From the IMG/VR virus record IMGVR_UViG_3300021476_000423, positions 42,908 to 106,907 of that record: a stretch of 64,000 bases of DNA; one strand, written 5' to 3'. The stretch comes from a virus. Under the pieces are notes generated by a model, which did not search any database, was not told where the DNA came from, and saw nothing but the letters and a program-made list of their open reading frames with translations. A program made the translations under genes and the position numbers. Shown in pieces: positions 55,843 through 64,000 of this stretch; position 1 is the first letter of the stretch, and every line of letters begins with the position of its first letter.

Positions 55843-56177
55843 GCAAAGTAAAGGATAATGACGAAACTAGGTATCAGAGATACCTAACTGACCCCGATTT
55901 TCATTCTCTCACTTCTATAGGTGGGCTTCATCTGAAACGAGCACTTAATACGAATGTCATCAGTCAGATGGTTTTGGATGTGGCTCTTTACGGAAAAGCC
56001 TATGCTGAAATCATTCATACTGCTGATGGAGTTGAACTCAAGCCACTTGACCCTAGATACATCCGAGAAAGACGCAAAGGACATAAACTTCTAGGATACG
56101 TTCAATTCATCAACTTCCCTTTAGCGACCTTCAAGCCAAAAGAGATTTTCGCTTTCAAAGCGGGCGCAACGATTTGA
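55839..56177 (+). CDS. Portal-like fragment (112 aa)
   Basis: Y..DP; D..LYGKAYAEI..G..LKPLDP..I...GYVQ...F.PKEIFAFK matches the central segment of HK97-type portals. Confidence 0.6.
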   Translation: MSKVKDNDETRYQRYLTDPDFHSLTSIGGLHLKRALNTNVISQMVLDVALYGKAYAEIIHTADGVELKPLDPRYIRERRKGHKLLGYVQFINFPLATFKPKEIFAFKAGATI

Positions 56178-56593
56178 AAATCCGAGTTTTCAACATGAAA
56201 GGCAAACTTTTTGGTAGTGTCAAACGAATCAATGGAAATACCGTAGATGTTCTTGTTTCAAGAGGAACAAATAAAAAGTCAAGGCAAGAGATGATTCGAT
56301 TAAGAGTGGTGGTATCTAGATGAGCGAAACACAACTCAAACTGAAACGGACAATCGCATTTGACCCAAGTAGGAGTGTTTGGACTCTCAATGGAGAATTT
56401 TCAACTGAAGAACTTGAAGATTTCAACCTTGGAATAAAGAACCAATGGTTAGACAAGATGGGTGTAATTCACTCATGAGCGCACCTGCTACAGCAATCGA
56501 AACCGAAGAGAAAATGACTGCTGATTTCGTTGTGCTACTTGCGATGGTTGCTCTTACTTTCATCATTGGTGTAATATTTGGGCGATTGGTGCA

Positions 56594-56938
56594 TTGAGCC
56601 TACCCACTACAGCCCCACAAAATCCGCCATCTGAGAAGTATCCTGCGTTTGAAGATGAGGAAGGACACATCAAGATTATCAAAGGCAAAACACTCTCAAA
56701 AAGCAATGGTTGGTGGTCAGGTGTTCTTTTGGTGGATACCTATTCCAAACTGCAAGTGAAGATTTACCTATGGCAAGAACGAGATGATAAGAACAATCCG
56801 GGGCAAAAGATTTGGAAGAGAAAACAGAGTTACACAATCAATCCTTTCAATTGGCCCGACATGAAAAAAGTAATTGACGAACTTCTTGAAGAGAAGAAAA
56901 CTCTAAAACCTACGACAACGCCCTTTCAGAAGAAATGA
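56594..56938 (+). CDS. PC4-like ssDNA-binding protein (tentative)
   Basis: Beta strands with WW/YLW, WKRK, terminal helix W..MKKVIDEL. Confidence 0.4.
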   Translation: MSLPTTAPQNPPSEKYPAFEDEEGHIKIIKGKTLSKSNGWWSGVLLVDTYSKLQVKIYLWQERDDKNNPGQKIWKRKQSYTINPFNWPDMKKVIDELLEEKKTLKPTTTPFQKK

Positions 56939-57369
56939 AACAATGTATCTCCTGTAAAGTAGAGTTAATTCCCGACCAAAATTGGTATTCTGGTTCTCAG
57001 AAAGACCGATATAGTATCTGTAAGAATTGTCTCAAAGAAAGAGCCAGTGCCTACTATTGGAAACACAAGAATGAGCGTCAAGAGAGCAAGAAACTGCTTC
57101 GATTGAACTCTCGTCTTAAGAGGCAATACGAAATCACTCTTCCTGAGTTCATTGGGCTTATTTTGGAACAAGAAAACAAATGTCTCATTTGCAACCAAAT
57201 GTTTGGCAATTGGTATGGTATGGGAGGAAATAGACCTGTGCCAGACCATGACCATAAAACAGGGCAAATTAGAGGAATACTCCATCACACTTGTAATGCC
57301 GCAATTGGTCTTCTCAGTGATAATCCAGAACACTTAACTAGAGCCGCAGAATATCTTCAGAGGAAGTAA
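56935..57369 (+). CDS. Endonuclease VII-like (HNH) endonuclease
   Basis: QENKCLIC, DHDHKTGQIRGIL..CN..IG. Confidence 0.85.
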   Translation: MKQCISCKVELIPDQNWYSGSQKDRYSICKNCLKERASAYYWKHKNERQESKKLLRLNSRLKRQYEITLPEFIGLILEQENKCLICNQMFGNWYGMGGNRPVPDHDHKTGQIRGILHHTCNAAIGLLSDNPEHLTRAAEYLQRK

Positions 57370-57371
57370 CC

Positions 57372-57719
57372 GTGTCCAAACCAAATCATATTTGCAAAAT
57401 GGGTGAAGACTGTCCTTGCGACGAATCATGCAAACAATGTTGGGAACCAGTGAAAATGATAAATGGACATGAGGTCACACCTCTTACGGCGGCAGTCAAT
57501 GATGTGGTCAATGAATACAAAAATGCCACTCTCAATTATGGCCCCTTTGCTTCTTACCATGAGGGCTATGCTATCATGGCAGAAGAGTTGGAAGAGTTGT
57601 GGGCCGAAATCAAGAAGAAGCCGTCTGAGAGAGATGAAGGAAAATTGAGAGCAGAATCAAAACAGTGTGCGGCGATGGCACTTCGTTTCATGATAGACCT
57701 CACCGAAATGCCCGACTAA
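57372..57719 (+). CDS. MazG-like NTP pyrophosphohydrolase
   Basis: SYHEGYAIMAEELEELW, E..Q.AAMA.RF. Confidence 0.65.
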   Translation: MSKPNHICKMGEDCPCDESCKQCWEPVKMINGHEVTPLTAAVNDVVNEYKNATLNYGPFASYHEGYAIMAEELEELWAEIKKKPSERDEGKLRAESKQCAAMALRFMIDLTEMPD

Positions 57720-57934
57720 CCGACAGCCACTCCTTCCCTTCTTAGTTGCTCCATCCGTTTGTTCCTGTATCGAGTCAACACCATATTGTAGAGATTCTGT
57801 GCTTGCAGAAGGGTGTATCCTTCTTCAAGGAGGGGCTTCATGATTTCCTGTCGGCTCAAAGGTGGGTCGTGTTCTATACTGATGCGAATGTAAGTGGCTA
57901 TGCTAGGATACCCCAAGAAAGGTTTACATCTCAT
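57716..57934 (-). CDS. Small basic putative DNA-binding protein
   Basis: 72 aa, own promoter. Confidence 0.45.
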   Translation of the reverse strand: MRCKPFLGYPSIATYIRISIEHDPPLSRQEIMKPLLEEGYTLLQAQNLYNMVLTRYRNKRMEQLRREGVAVG

Positions 57935-58002
57935 ACATTACTTAAATAGCCTACTCCTACTTGAAGATTTCCAAGTCCAAACCAGAGAGAAGGTTGTCGA
58001 AT

Positions 58003-58356
58003 CTAAGAAGTCGGATGTCTTGGTATAACATTGATTGTGAAGGTCTCAGTATCCTCTAAGAAGGAGAAGGGGCCGGGTGGAGCAGGGATGGTCAATTCAA
58101 GTTCAGCGTCATAGGTTCCTATAGTCGAGAAATTGCTACTTTGAACAGCGTAAGTGCATTGGCCAAGAGTTGGGCCAGATTGAGTAAGTAAGACACAGGC
58201 TCCCGAAAAGAGCAATGTGGGATTTTGCTCTTGAGTGAAAACATAGAGATAGACCGTTTTGCCAGTCAAATCTCGTGGAGTGTTATCTGCATTTAATACA
58301 GTAAAGGTCAGAGGAAAACCAAAGTTGTTTACCTTGACAATGAGTCCGGTTGGCAT
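58003..58356 (-). CDS. BppU N-terminal-like virion protein
   Basis: PRDLTGKTV, G.CTY, GTYDAELE. Confidence 0.6.
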   Translation of the reverse strand: MPTGLIVKVNNFGFPLTFTVLNADNTPRDLTGKTVYLYVFTQEQNPTLLFSGACVLLTQSGPTLGQCTYAVQSSNFSTIGTYDAELELTIPAPPGPFSFLEDTETFTINVIPRHPTS

Positions 58357-58532
58357 ACTGTCTTTATAGAGGAGTTGGGGCTATTTAAGGCTAGACCTGA
58401 GTGCCATTCGTTTCTGTCTTAACGTTTTTGTTGGCGAGTTTGACAGTAAAGGACTTGTTAGAAGTTTTGATGGTAATCGCCCGAACTTCGTCATTAGTCA
58501 TGTTTAGAAGACCGTTATGGTTGTAGGATTGC

Positions 58533-59114
58533 TCAAGTTTGGTCAATCACCAGAATAAGCACCCATGTTTGACCCATAGGTTTCGTTCCTTGGTCAGAGA
58601 CAAATCTATTGAATAAGGCTCTAGTAGCACCATAACTAGCGATGCTAGACCCTGCACCATCTACAGCATCATTGTCTACGCCAAAGGAGAACCAATGGAA
58701 ATTGGCTGTGCTACCATCGTAAGTGGCTTCCCACGAACACTGTTGACCCGACACAGCAGGGAAAAGAGCATCAATCACTTGCATATAGAAGGTGGCCAAC
58801 CCGCTTGGATTCAGATTGCTTTGTGAAGCAGTAAAGGCTGTGTTATCTGTCGAAACACCCAATCTGCAATTGGTATTGCTGAAAACCACCACATTGGCCC
58901 CAATCAGAATATTCCACATCACTGTGATACCTCCATTCAGAAGACCATTAGGAGCAAACCTACTTTCCGGCAGTAAAGCATAGGCATATTCCTTCTTAGC
59001 CGCTTCAAGACCGTGGTTTCTAATGAAGTCGGAAATCTCGGTCATGGAGCCAGATTTTGGAAGGTCAAATCTCACAATCTTCCATGAAGGATTGCGCCAA
59101 GGGCCAGATGACAT
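58533..59114 (-). CDS. Virion structural protein
   Basis: ANFHW..FG..N, LFNR.V...GTK..GQTW; structural-class promoter. Confidence 0.6.
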   Translation of the reverse strand: MSSGPWRNPSWKIVRFDLPKSGSMTEISDFIRNHGLEAAKKEYAYALLPESRFAPNGLLNGGITVMWNILIGANVVVFSNTNCRLGVSTDNTAFTASQSNLNPSGLATFYMQVIDALFPAVSGQQCSWEATYDGSTANFHWFSFGVDNDAVDGAGSSIASYGATRALFNRFVSDQGTKPMGQTWVLILVIDQT

Positions 59115-59154
59115 ACTGAGTATAGTGGGTGCGTAGAAGTATTTAAGGCTGTTC

Positions 59155-59187
59155 TAAAAACGGAGAATGGTGGGAATTTCACCCACC
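59155..59187 (-). terminator. Hairpin plus T-run after the MCP gene
   Basis: GGTGGG/CCCACC stem at 59169-59187, followed by T5 on the minus strand. Confidence 0.45.
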
Positions 59188-59244
59188 CTTAATCGTGCTG
59201 TGCGAAACTCTTTCGTTTCTCGATTTGCTAACTTTCTGGTGAGC

Positions 59245-60165
59245 CTACGATGTGCGTAGTGAAGTCAACTTGTAAATTGACTCCGAATACGTCACGACCG
59301 GGGCATACCTAGCAGTTATTACAACATCTATCGAGTCGAAAGTTGGCTGTGGCCAGACATCTACACTGATTGGTCTCTTCGTTGCGAAGTAACCAAGCGG
59401 TGCATATGAGGCGGAGTAGTTCGACCCTGCGGCGGCAAGTATGTAAGCCCTTCCACCCGTAACCGGAATGTTAGGCGTTACTATTTGCTTCAGACCGTAG
59501 AGTTGTGGAGCCGACACAACGGTTCCAGCGCCTTGTGCATACAAGGGCTGTCCGTAGAAGAGCAGTGCGGCAAACTGAGGAATCCTAGCCAAGTCCTGAC
59601 GAGCCAATGGGTTCATCGCCATTGTGTCTGGTTCCAAGGCAAGATTCTGGATTGTCGAAATACCCTGCGTAATGTCGTCCACACCGATGGTTCCTGCGAA
59701 CACACCGGGGGTTCCGTCCATGAATATCGAAGTTCCAGTTACCGCAGTGCTTGTGAAAGCACCCGCGTTCAGAGCCTTCTCAACGTCTTGGTCAATTGTC
59801 ATGACCACCCGTCTCGCGGCTCTCTTCAACTGGTCTTCAACGATGTTCACTATCTGGTCTTCAATCAACTCTCTGGTGACTCTTACCCTCATGCCCACCT
59901 TGTAAGGTGTGACATTGATGGATGTGTAAGGCGTAAAGTCAGCCATAATCTCGGCTCCTTCTGCTGTCTTGCCGATGACTGCGGTTGACCTTGCACCTGC
60001 CTGCTTCGGAATCGAAGCACTCGCTCCGGTCTTGATGAAGAAGTCCTGAAGTAGAGGCTTCAATGCCAGATTAGGCATCGTAAGTTCTACTATCCTCTTC
60101 GCCAGTGCCGGGTAGAAAAGTGCTCCGGTGTTAACAATTGGGAAACTCTCTCTGGTCATAGCCAT
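59245..60165 (-). CDS. Major capsid protein (HK97 fold)
   Basis: AEGAEI, K.G....VTRELIED, MNP, LYGL.QIVTPNIP; follows protease, scaffold and decoration genes; GGTGA SD. Confidence 0.9.
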   Translation of the reverse strand: MAMTRESFPIVNTGALFYPALAKRIVELTMPNLALKPLLQDFFIKTGASASIPKQAGARSTAVIGKTAEGAEIMADFTPYTSINVTPYKVGMRVRVTRELIEDQIVNIVEDQLKRAARRVVMTIDQDVEKALNAGAFTSTAVTGTSIFMDGTPGVFAGTIGVDDITQGISTIQNLALEPDTMAMNPLARQDLARIPQFAALLFYGQPLYAQGAGTVVSAPQLYGLKQIVTPNIPVTGGRAYILAAAGSNYSASYAPLGYFATKRPISVDVWPQPTFDSIDVVITARYAPVVTYSESIYKLTSLRTS

Positions 60166-60181
60166 TTTATCTCACCTATTT

Positions 60182-60619
60182 CTAGACAAGAATTGCCAGA
60201 ACGGGCTGAGTGCCCGAAGGCACAGTGACAGCCTGAATAGCAAGAAGCCTAGTTCCAACTGCTGGAACTGAAGACCCGATGCTGTGTGCGGCTCCATCGA
60301 CTGAAGCCGAAAACACAAGGTTATCACCTGCGGCTGTCGTGTTGTCAACTGAGACAGTCACGACACCTCTGACAATTACGTTGAGTTGACTCTGTAGAAT
60401 ACCCGACTCTTCGCAAACTCCCAAAATGAAAGTTGCGCCTGTGTTGTCGAGTGAAATCTTGCAGGTCTCATCAGCGTCAAGGGCTAATGTCACCAGTGCT
60501 CCGAGATACGGAAAGACACCGTTTGAGTCTGATTCCGTATTGAAGGAGACCATGAAAGAGTCCGAGTGGAAAGGCTTCCCCTCAAAATTCTGAGGGAGGC
60601 TAGAACCGTGGAATGACAT
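60182..60619 (-). CDS. Capsid decoration/cement-like protein
   Basis: ILGV...VIVRGVV....AGD.L; immediately upstream of MCP. Confidence 0.6.
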   Translation of the reverse strand: MSFHGSSLPQNFEGKPFHSDSFMVSFNTESDSNGVFPYLGALVTLALDADETCKISLDNTGATFILGVCEESGILQSQLNVIVRGVVTVSVDNTTAAGDNLVFSASVDGAAHSIGSSVPAVGTRLLAIQAVTVPSGTQPVLAILV

Positions 60620-60636
60620 GAATCACTTCACCTTGA

Positions 60637-61170
60637 CTAACCTGAAAGCAGTCCCAACTCTTGGAACTTGCGAGAAGCACCGAGTATTTCCTTGAACTCC
60701 TGTGGCATCTCAGCACCCTGACCGAAGAGTGCGAGATATGGGTCTTTCGACTCTTCCTTGACCTCACCAATTGCGCCCTTACCGGACACAGTGTTGGTGG
60801 AAGTCGCAGAAGCCTCTCTGACTTTCTTGCCCTCTTCAACCTTAGTCTTGACTTCGCTAAGTCTCGACTTTAGTTCCTCAAGTTTCTTCCGCTTTGCCTC
60901 TTCCTCTTCCTTTTTCTTGGCCTCTTCTCCCGCTTTCTTCGCCTCTTCCTCTTCTTGCAGAAGGCTGGCCTTGCGAGCCGCTATCTTCTGTCCCAACAGA
61001 GCCGCCTTCTTACGGGCAACTTCCTGTTGTTCGAGTTTGGTATTCACTTCCTTTATGATGGACATGATACCATCGAGACGAGATTCGAGAGAACCAAATT
61101 GCTTTACAACCGATTCATAACTGAGAGCCTTGCCCTCAGATATTTCACCAGATGCGTTTGCTGTAGACAT
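60637..61170 (-). CDS. Capsid scaffolding protein
   Basis: E/K-rich coiled coil between protease and MCP. Confidence 0.7.
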   Translation of the reverse strand: MSTANASGEISEGKALSYESVVKQFGSLESRLDGIMSIIKEVNTKLEQQEVARKKAALLGQKIAARKASLLQEEEEAKKAGEEAKKKEEEEAKRKKLEELKSRLSEVKTKVEEGKKVREASATSTNTVSGKGAIGEVKEESKDPYLALFGQGAEMPQEFKEILGASRKFQELGLLSG

Positions 61171-61280
61171 TTAGTTTTTTACTTTGTATGAGCGAACCTT
61201 CACCATTCGAGCAACTACACGCTCATATGAAGTAGATGCTATCATAGGTATGAGATGTATGGTATACCCCCTATTTAAAG
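61171..61280 (-). promoter_or_regulatory. Promoter and structured 5' leader of the scaffold-decoration-MCP operon
   Basis: CTTTAAATAG at 61271-61280; perfect 8-bp inverted repeat at 61187-61194/61220-61227. Confidence 0.55.
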
Positions 61281-61286
61281 TCTTGC

Positions 61287-62543
61287 CTACTCTATGGCTG
61301 GCTTCTCGGCCAGAGGAAAGTTCTGAATCTCGCTTTCAGGAGCGCCCAATTCGCTCTCGCCGCCCATCCTCTCTAGGGCGTGTTGAGTGCCGCTTGGCAC
61401 TCGACTCTGCCTATGAATCTCTTCTTGCATTCCTTCATCATCACTCACTCCCTCACTAGATGAGTCCATTCCACAATTCTGACAGCGATACCAAGTCTTT
61501 GACCCTAAACTTCCGAGTTCTGCCAAAGGCCCACCACACTCAGGACACTCTCCCGCCTCTTCCTGCATTTCTGTCTTGGAAACTTCACCTGTTCCACCAC
61601 AAGATTGACAATCTGCACCACTGATAGGGAATCTTCCTAGTCCTTTACAATCAGGACACCAATTTGCCCCTTCATTTGGCTTCAATTTCAAAGACTGTAA
61701 AACACCTTCTTCCTCAAATTCTGCCGCTAGAAGTCTCACTTGCGTCTCTAGGACTGCAACTTCGACATTGGCCACTGCATTAAACGCTTTGATTACCAAT
61801 GGCATTAGATTGGGTGCAGAACTCTTTGGTGCGACAGTCTTACCTTCTTGCAGATGCCATCCTGCTTTCTGTGCGTTCTCTATCCTCTTCTCCTGAAGAT
61901 TGTCTAATGCGGCCTTGAAACCATAGGGCGCAACATCAGCATTGGGATAGGCCGGAATTGCAACGATGCTCTGCTCAAGAACGCCCGGATGTCGAGCAAT
62001 CATTTCAAGCGACCCACAACGTGGACATGGAAAGTCCAAATTATCGAGTGCGGCCTCCTCTTCCTTTCTTCCAAGATGAGTGATACAATTGTCACAGTAG
62101 GCTTGAGGAACAGCAATCTGAATGCTATTACTTTTGACATAGCCAAGCAGAATTTTCTCAATGAGACTTTTATCACTGCATTCGCCTTCCCACATAACCT
62201 TGCCCCCACCCTGACCATCTTCTTCAACCCATGCCTCTTCAACCTTACCAATGATAGAATCAACATGGTCTATGTCGTGGTCTTTCATCAATGGAGCACC
62301 CTTCAGTTGTGCCGCAACATCGTGAAGGTCTGTCAAAGGCACACGCCATTTGTTCCTGTTCTGGCTTGTGTCGATGGCCATTCCACCCAACTTCATGATG
62401 TGAGGAAAGACGCTAGGGCCGGATTTCTTGTATTCAGCAATGAGATTGGCATATTGCTTTGCTGTCATCATCGGAGCGATGCCCGACGAATACTTGAGTT
62501 TGAGACTTTCTCTGGTCTTTAGTTTGGGTGAGACCGTAGACAT
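61287..62543 (-). CDS. Prohead maturation protease with C-terminal Zn-ribbon modules
   Basis: NRNKW, LMKDH, IIGKV, SNSI, EQSIVAIPAY; then CPDCKG/CQSCGG and CPECG/CQNCG. Confidence 0.85.
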   Translation of the reverse strand: MSTVSPKLKTRESLKLKYSSGIAPMMTAKQYANLIAEYKKSGPSVFPHIMKLGGMAIDTSQNRNKWRVPLTDLHDVAAQLKGAPLMKDHDIDHVDSIIGKVEEAWVEEDGQGGGKVMWEGECSDKSLIEKILLGYVKSNSIQIAVPQAYCDNCITHLGRKEEEAALDNLDFPCPRCGSLEMIARHPGVLEQSIVAIPAYPNADVAPYGFKAALDNLQEKRIENAQKAGWHLQEGKTVAPKSSAPNLMPLVIKAFNAVANVEVAVLETQVRLLAAEFEEEGVLQSLKLKPNEGANWCPDCKGLGRFPISGADCQSCGGTGEVSKTEMQEEAGECPECGGPLAELGSLGSKTWYRCQNCGMDSSSEGVSDDEGMQEEIHRQSRVPSGTQHALERMGGESELGAPESEIQNFPLAEKPAIE

Positions 62544-62585
62544 ACTACGGATTAATAGGCTTTAGGACTATTTAAAGATGTATCG

Positions 62586-63404
62586 CTAGTTGTAACCGAT
62601 TACTTCGAGATAAGTGCCCGGCCCCATAGTATCATTACCTCTGTGAGTTCTGGCTTTGACAGAAGTGATTGCCGCAGAATTAGTGTAATATCCTGTTCCT
62701 TCATCTCTTGTGATGAAAGTTCCAACCACATAATCGCCTTTCCAAGTGATAGTTTTCTGATTGCCAACCAAGTTCCAAATTTCCAACTCGTTTCTGGCCT
62801 CTTGATAGACTCCGCCCTCAATGCTAAATTGGATGGTATCATAACTGCTTAAGGGCACATTAGAAGCAAAACTCGCACCACCACCATTCCATTCCACTGC
62901 GCCCCGACGATAAGAACCATTACCATCTTGTTCTGTATCCCCATTGAAGGAGAGATTCCATTGTGAACCAAGGGTGTGAGAACTAAGTGGAGTTGTCACA
63001 AGAATTATTTTGTAGAATTTGTAGGTTCCTGCCCACCCGCTTACCACAAGTTGGGTTTCCCCGCCAACCGAAGTCGCAGTGCCAAGCGAAGTGTAGAAAC
63101 TACCACCTGCCGGAGTCTCATTCTGCCACTTTCCTGTTCCTGACTCATAAGTAAGAACTTGACCATTAGAAGGCGAAGTTATGTCGGTATCAGTGAGGCC
63201 AGAAAGTGAATCTACATCTGTCTGAGATTCATTCTCCCATTTACCATCTGCCGCCGAATAGGAAAGCACTTGGCCATCGGTAGGCGAAACTATCTTTGTA
63301 TCAGAAAGACCAGAAAGAGGAGTCTTAGTTGCCGTTTGCTTACTCGTCCAAATCTGCGTTCCATCGACCAATTCTGAAGACTCAAATTGCTCGTTACCAG
63401 ACAT
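62586..63404 (-). CDS. Fibre-like virion protein with tandem repeat
   Basis: Two copies of LSGL(S/T)DT.I.SP..GQVL.Y....GKW.NE. Confidence 0.65.
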   Translation of the reverse strand: MSGNEQFESSELVDGTQIWTSKQTATKTPLSGLSDTKIVSPTDGQVLSYSAADGKWENESQTDVDSLSGLTDTDITSPSNGQVLTYESGTGKWQNETPAGGSFYTSLGTATSVGGETQLVVSGWAGTYKFYKIILVTTPLSSHTLGSQWNLSFNGDTEQDGNGSYRRGAVEWNGGGASFASNVPLSSYDTIQFSIEGGVYQEARNELEIWNLVGNQKTITWKGDYVVGTFITRDEGTGYYTNSAAITSVKARTHRGNDTMGPGTYLEVIGYN

Positions 63405-63607
63405 CTTCTCAGGAAGTCTTATGCTTTGGCCGTATTTAAAGCATCCTATTCCATTCTGCGTCAGACATCTTCATAAGATGTTGCCAACTGCGAAGCCATG
63501 TCATTGTCGTCTCAGAACTCCAATCTACACAATACATCCAGCCGCAATTTGAACAACTACGGAAGTCCTTCCCATCTTCGTGTAATTTGGCTCTACAGTT
63601 TAAGCAC

Positions 63608-64000
63608 TTAGGAAGCAACATCTGGTTTGACTTCTGGTGTGGGTGGAGCATTCGGCGCAGGATTCTTATCGTTGAAATAGACTATCACAGCCAGCATATT
63701 TCCCTGTTCTACAATCTGTTTGATTATGCTCTTATTGTAGAGTTTGAGAAATGCAAACGAGTAGGGCAAAGCAACATGGACTGTGCCATCGTTTCCCTTC
63801 TCGTAGGCCCGAACTAGAAAATTCTCGGCAGACTCCTTCAGTAATCCCTCATTCGGAATGGAGCAGATGGCGAAGAAGTTGTATTCCTTGGGCGGGCAGT
63901 AGACATAGCCGACATCACCCCATTGACTTCGCTTTATCTCAAGCGGAAAGTCTACATCCACTTCCTTATGTGGAACCTCCTTAATCTCGCCGTTTGCCAT
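63608..64000 (-). CDS. Hypothetical protein at the window edge
   Basis: 130-aa ORF; upstream context outside the window. Confidence 0.5.
   Translation of the reverse strand: MANGEIKEVPHKEVDVDFPLEIKRSQWGDVGYVYCPPKEYNFFAICSIPNEGLLKESAENFLVRAYEKGNDGTVHVALPYSFAFLKLYNKSIIKQIVEQGNMLAVIVYFNDKNPAPNAPPTPEVKPDVAS

Larger units (their letters stand above)
1..64000. mobile_element. Archaeal head-tail virus genome segment (Caudoviricetes-like)
   Basis: Terminase, HK97-type MCP, protease and scaffold, tail tube, tape measure and archaeal-type replication genes occur throughout; archaeal TATA promoters; no integrase, att site or host-chromosome boundary seen. Confidence 0.95.

Noticed and set aside
56174-56330. 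Frameshifted continuation of the portal fragment
   Set aside because: Downstream frames are short and lack convincing portal motifs
1-64000. CRISPR or mini-CRISPR array, tRNA or rRNA genes
   Set aside because: No regularly spaced direct repeats and no cloverleaf or T-loop consensus found by eye in the short intergenic gaps
1-64000. Integrase, att sites, genome termini or replication origin
   Set aside because: No recombinase motifs, terminal repeats or iteron clusters seen; they may lie outside the window

Overview
The whole window reads as part of a tailed (Caudoviricetes-type, HK97-fold) archaeal virus genome, probably with a TACK/Thermoproteota-type host. That host call is inferred from PriX, Alba, a short XPF, TATA-box leaderless promoters and GGTGA Shine-Dalgarno sites on internal genes. 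Recognisable modules: (1) replication and recombination: RPA-like SSB, PriS, PriX, MCM-like ATPase, PolB, RadA-like ATPase, XPF, a DHH/RecJ-like protein and a DEDD exonuclease; (2) packaging and head: terminase large subunit, prohead protease, scaffold, decoration protein and major capsid protein (MCP), with no full portal in this window; (3) head-tail and tail: tube, chaperone with a -1 frameshift, a short tape measure, hub and two Asp-box receptor-binding proteins; (4) nucleotide-pool enzymes; (5) host-derived genes: ribosomal protein uS2, Alba, an Ard1-type acetyltransferase and membrane LonB. Structure not shown by the ORF track: a 36-aa micro-ORF copying the MCP N-terminal arm with synonymous-only codon changes in the core; a stand-alone portal-like fragment; six scattered microproteins sharing an N-terminal M-K-L-A-N-x-D-K-L-like motif; several acidic proteins built of zinc-ribbon and enzyme modules separated by Glu-E/A/S/G motifs (candidate protease-processed capsid cargo); a promoter-driven ~113-nt structured RNA; two promoter classes with fixed spacing; and apparent avoidance of GATC, AGCT, GTAC, CCWGG and GCWGC. 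All product calls come from motifs read by eye; no searches were run.
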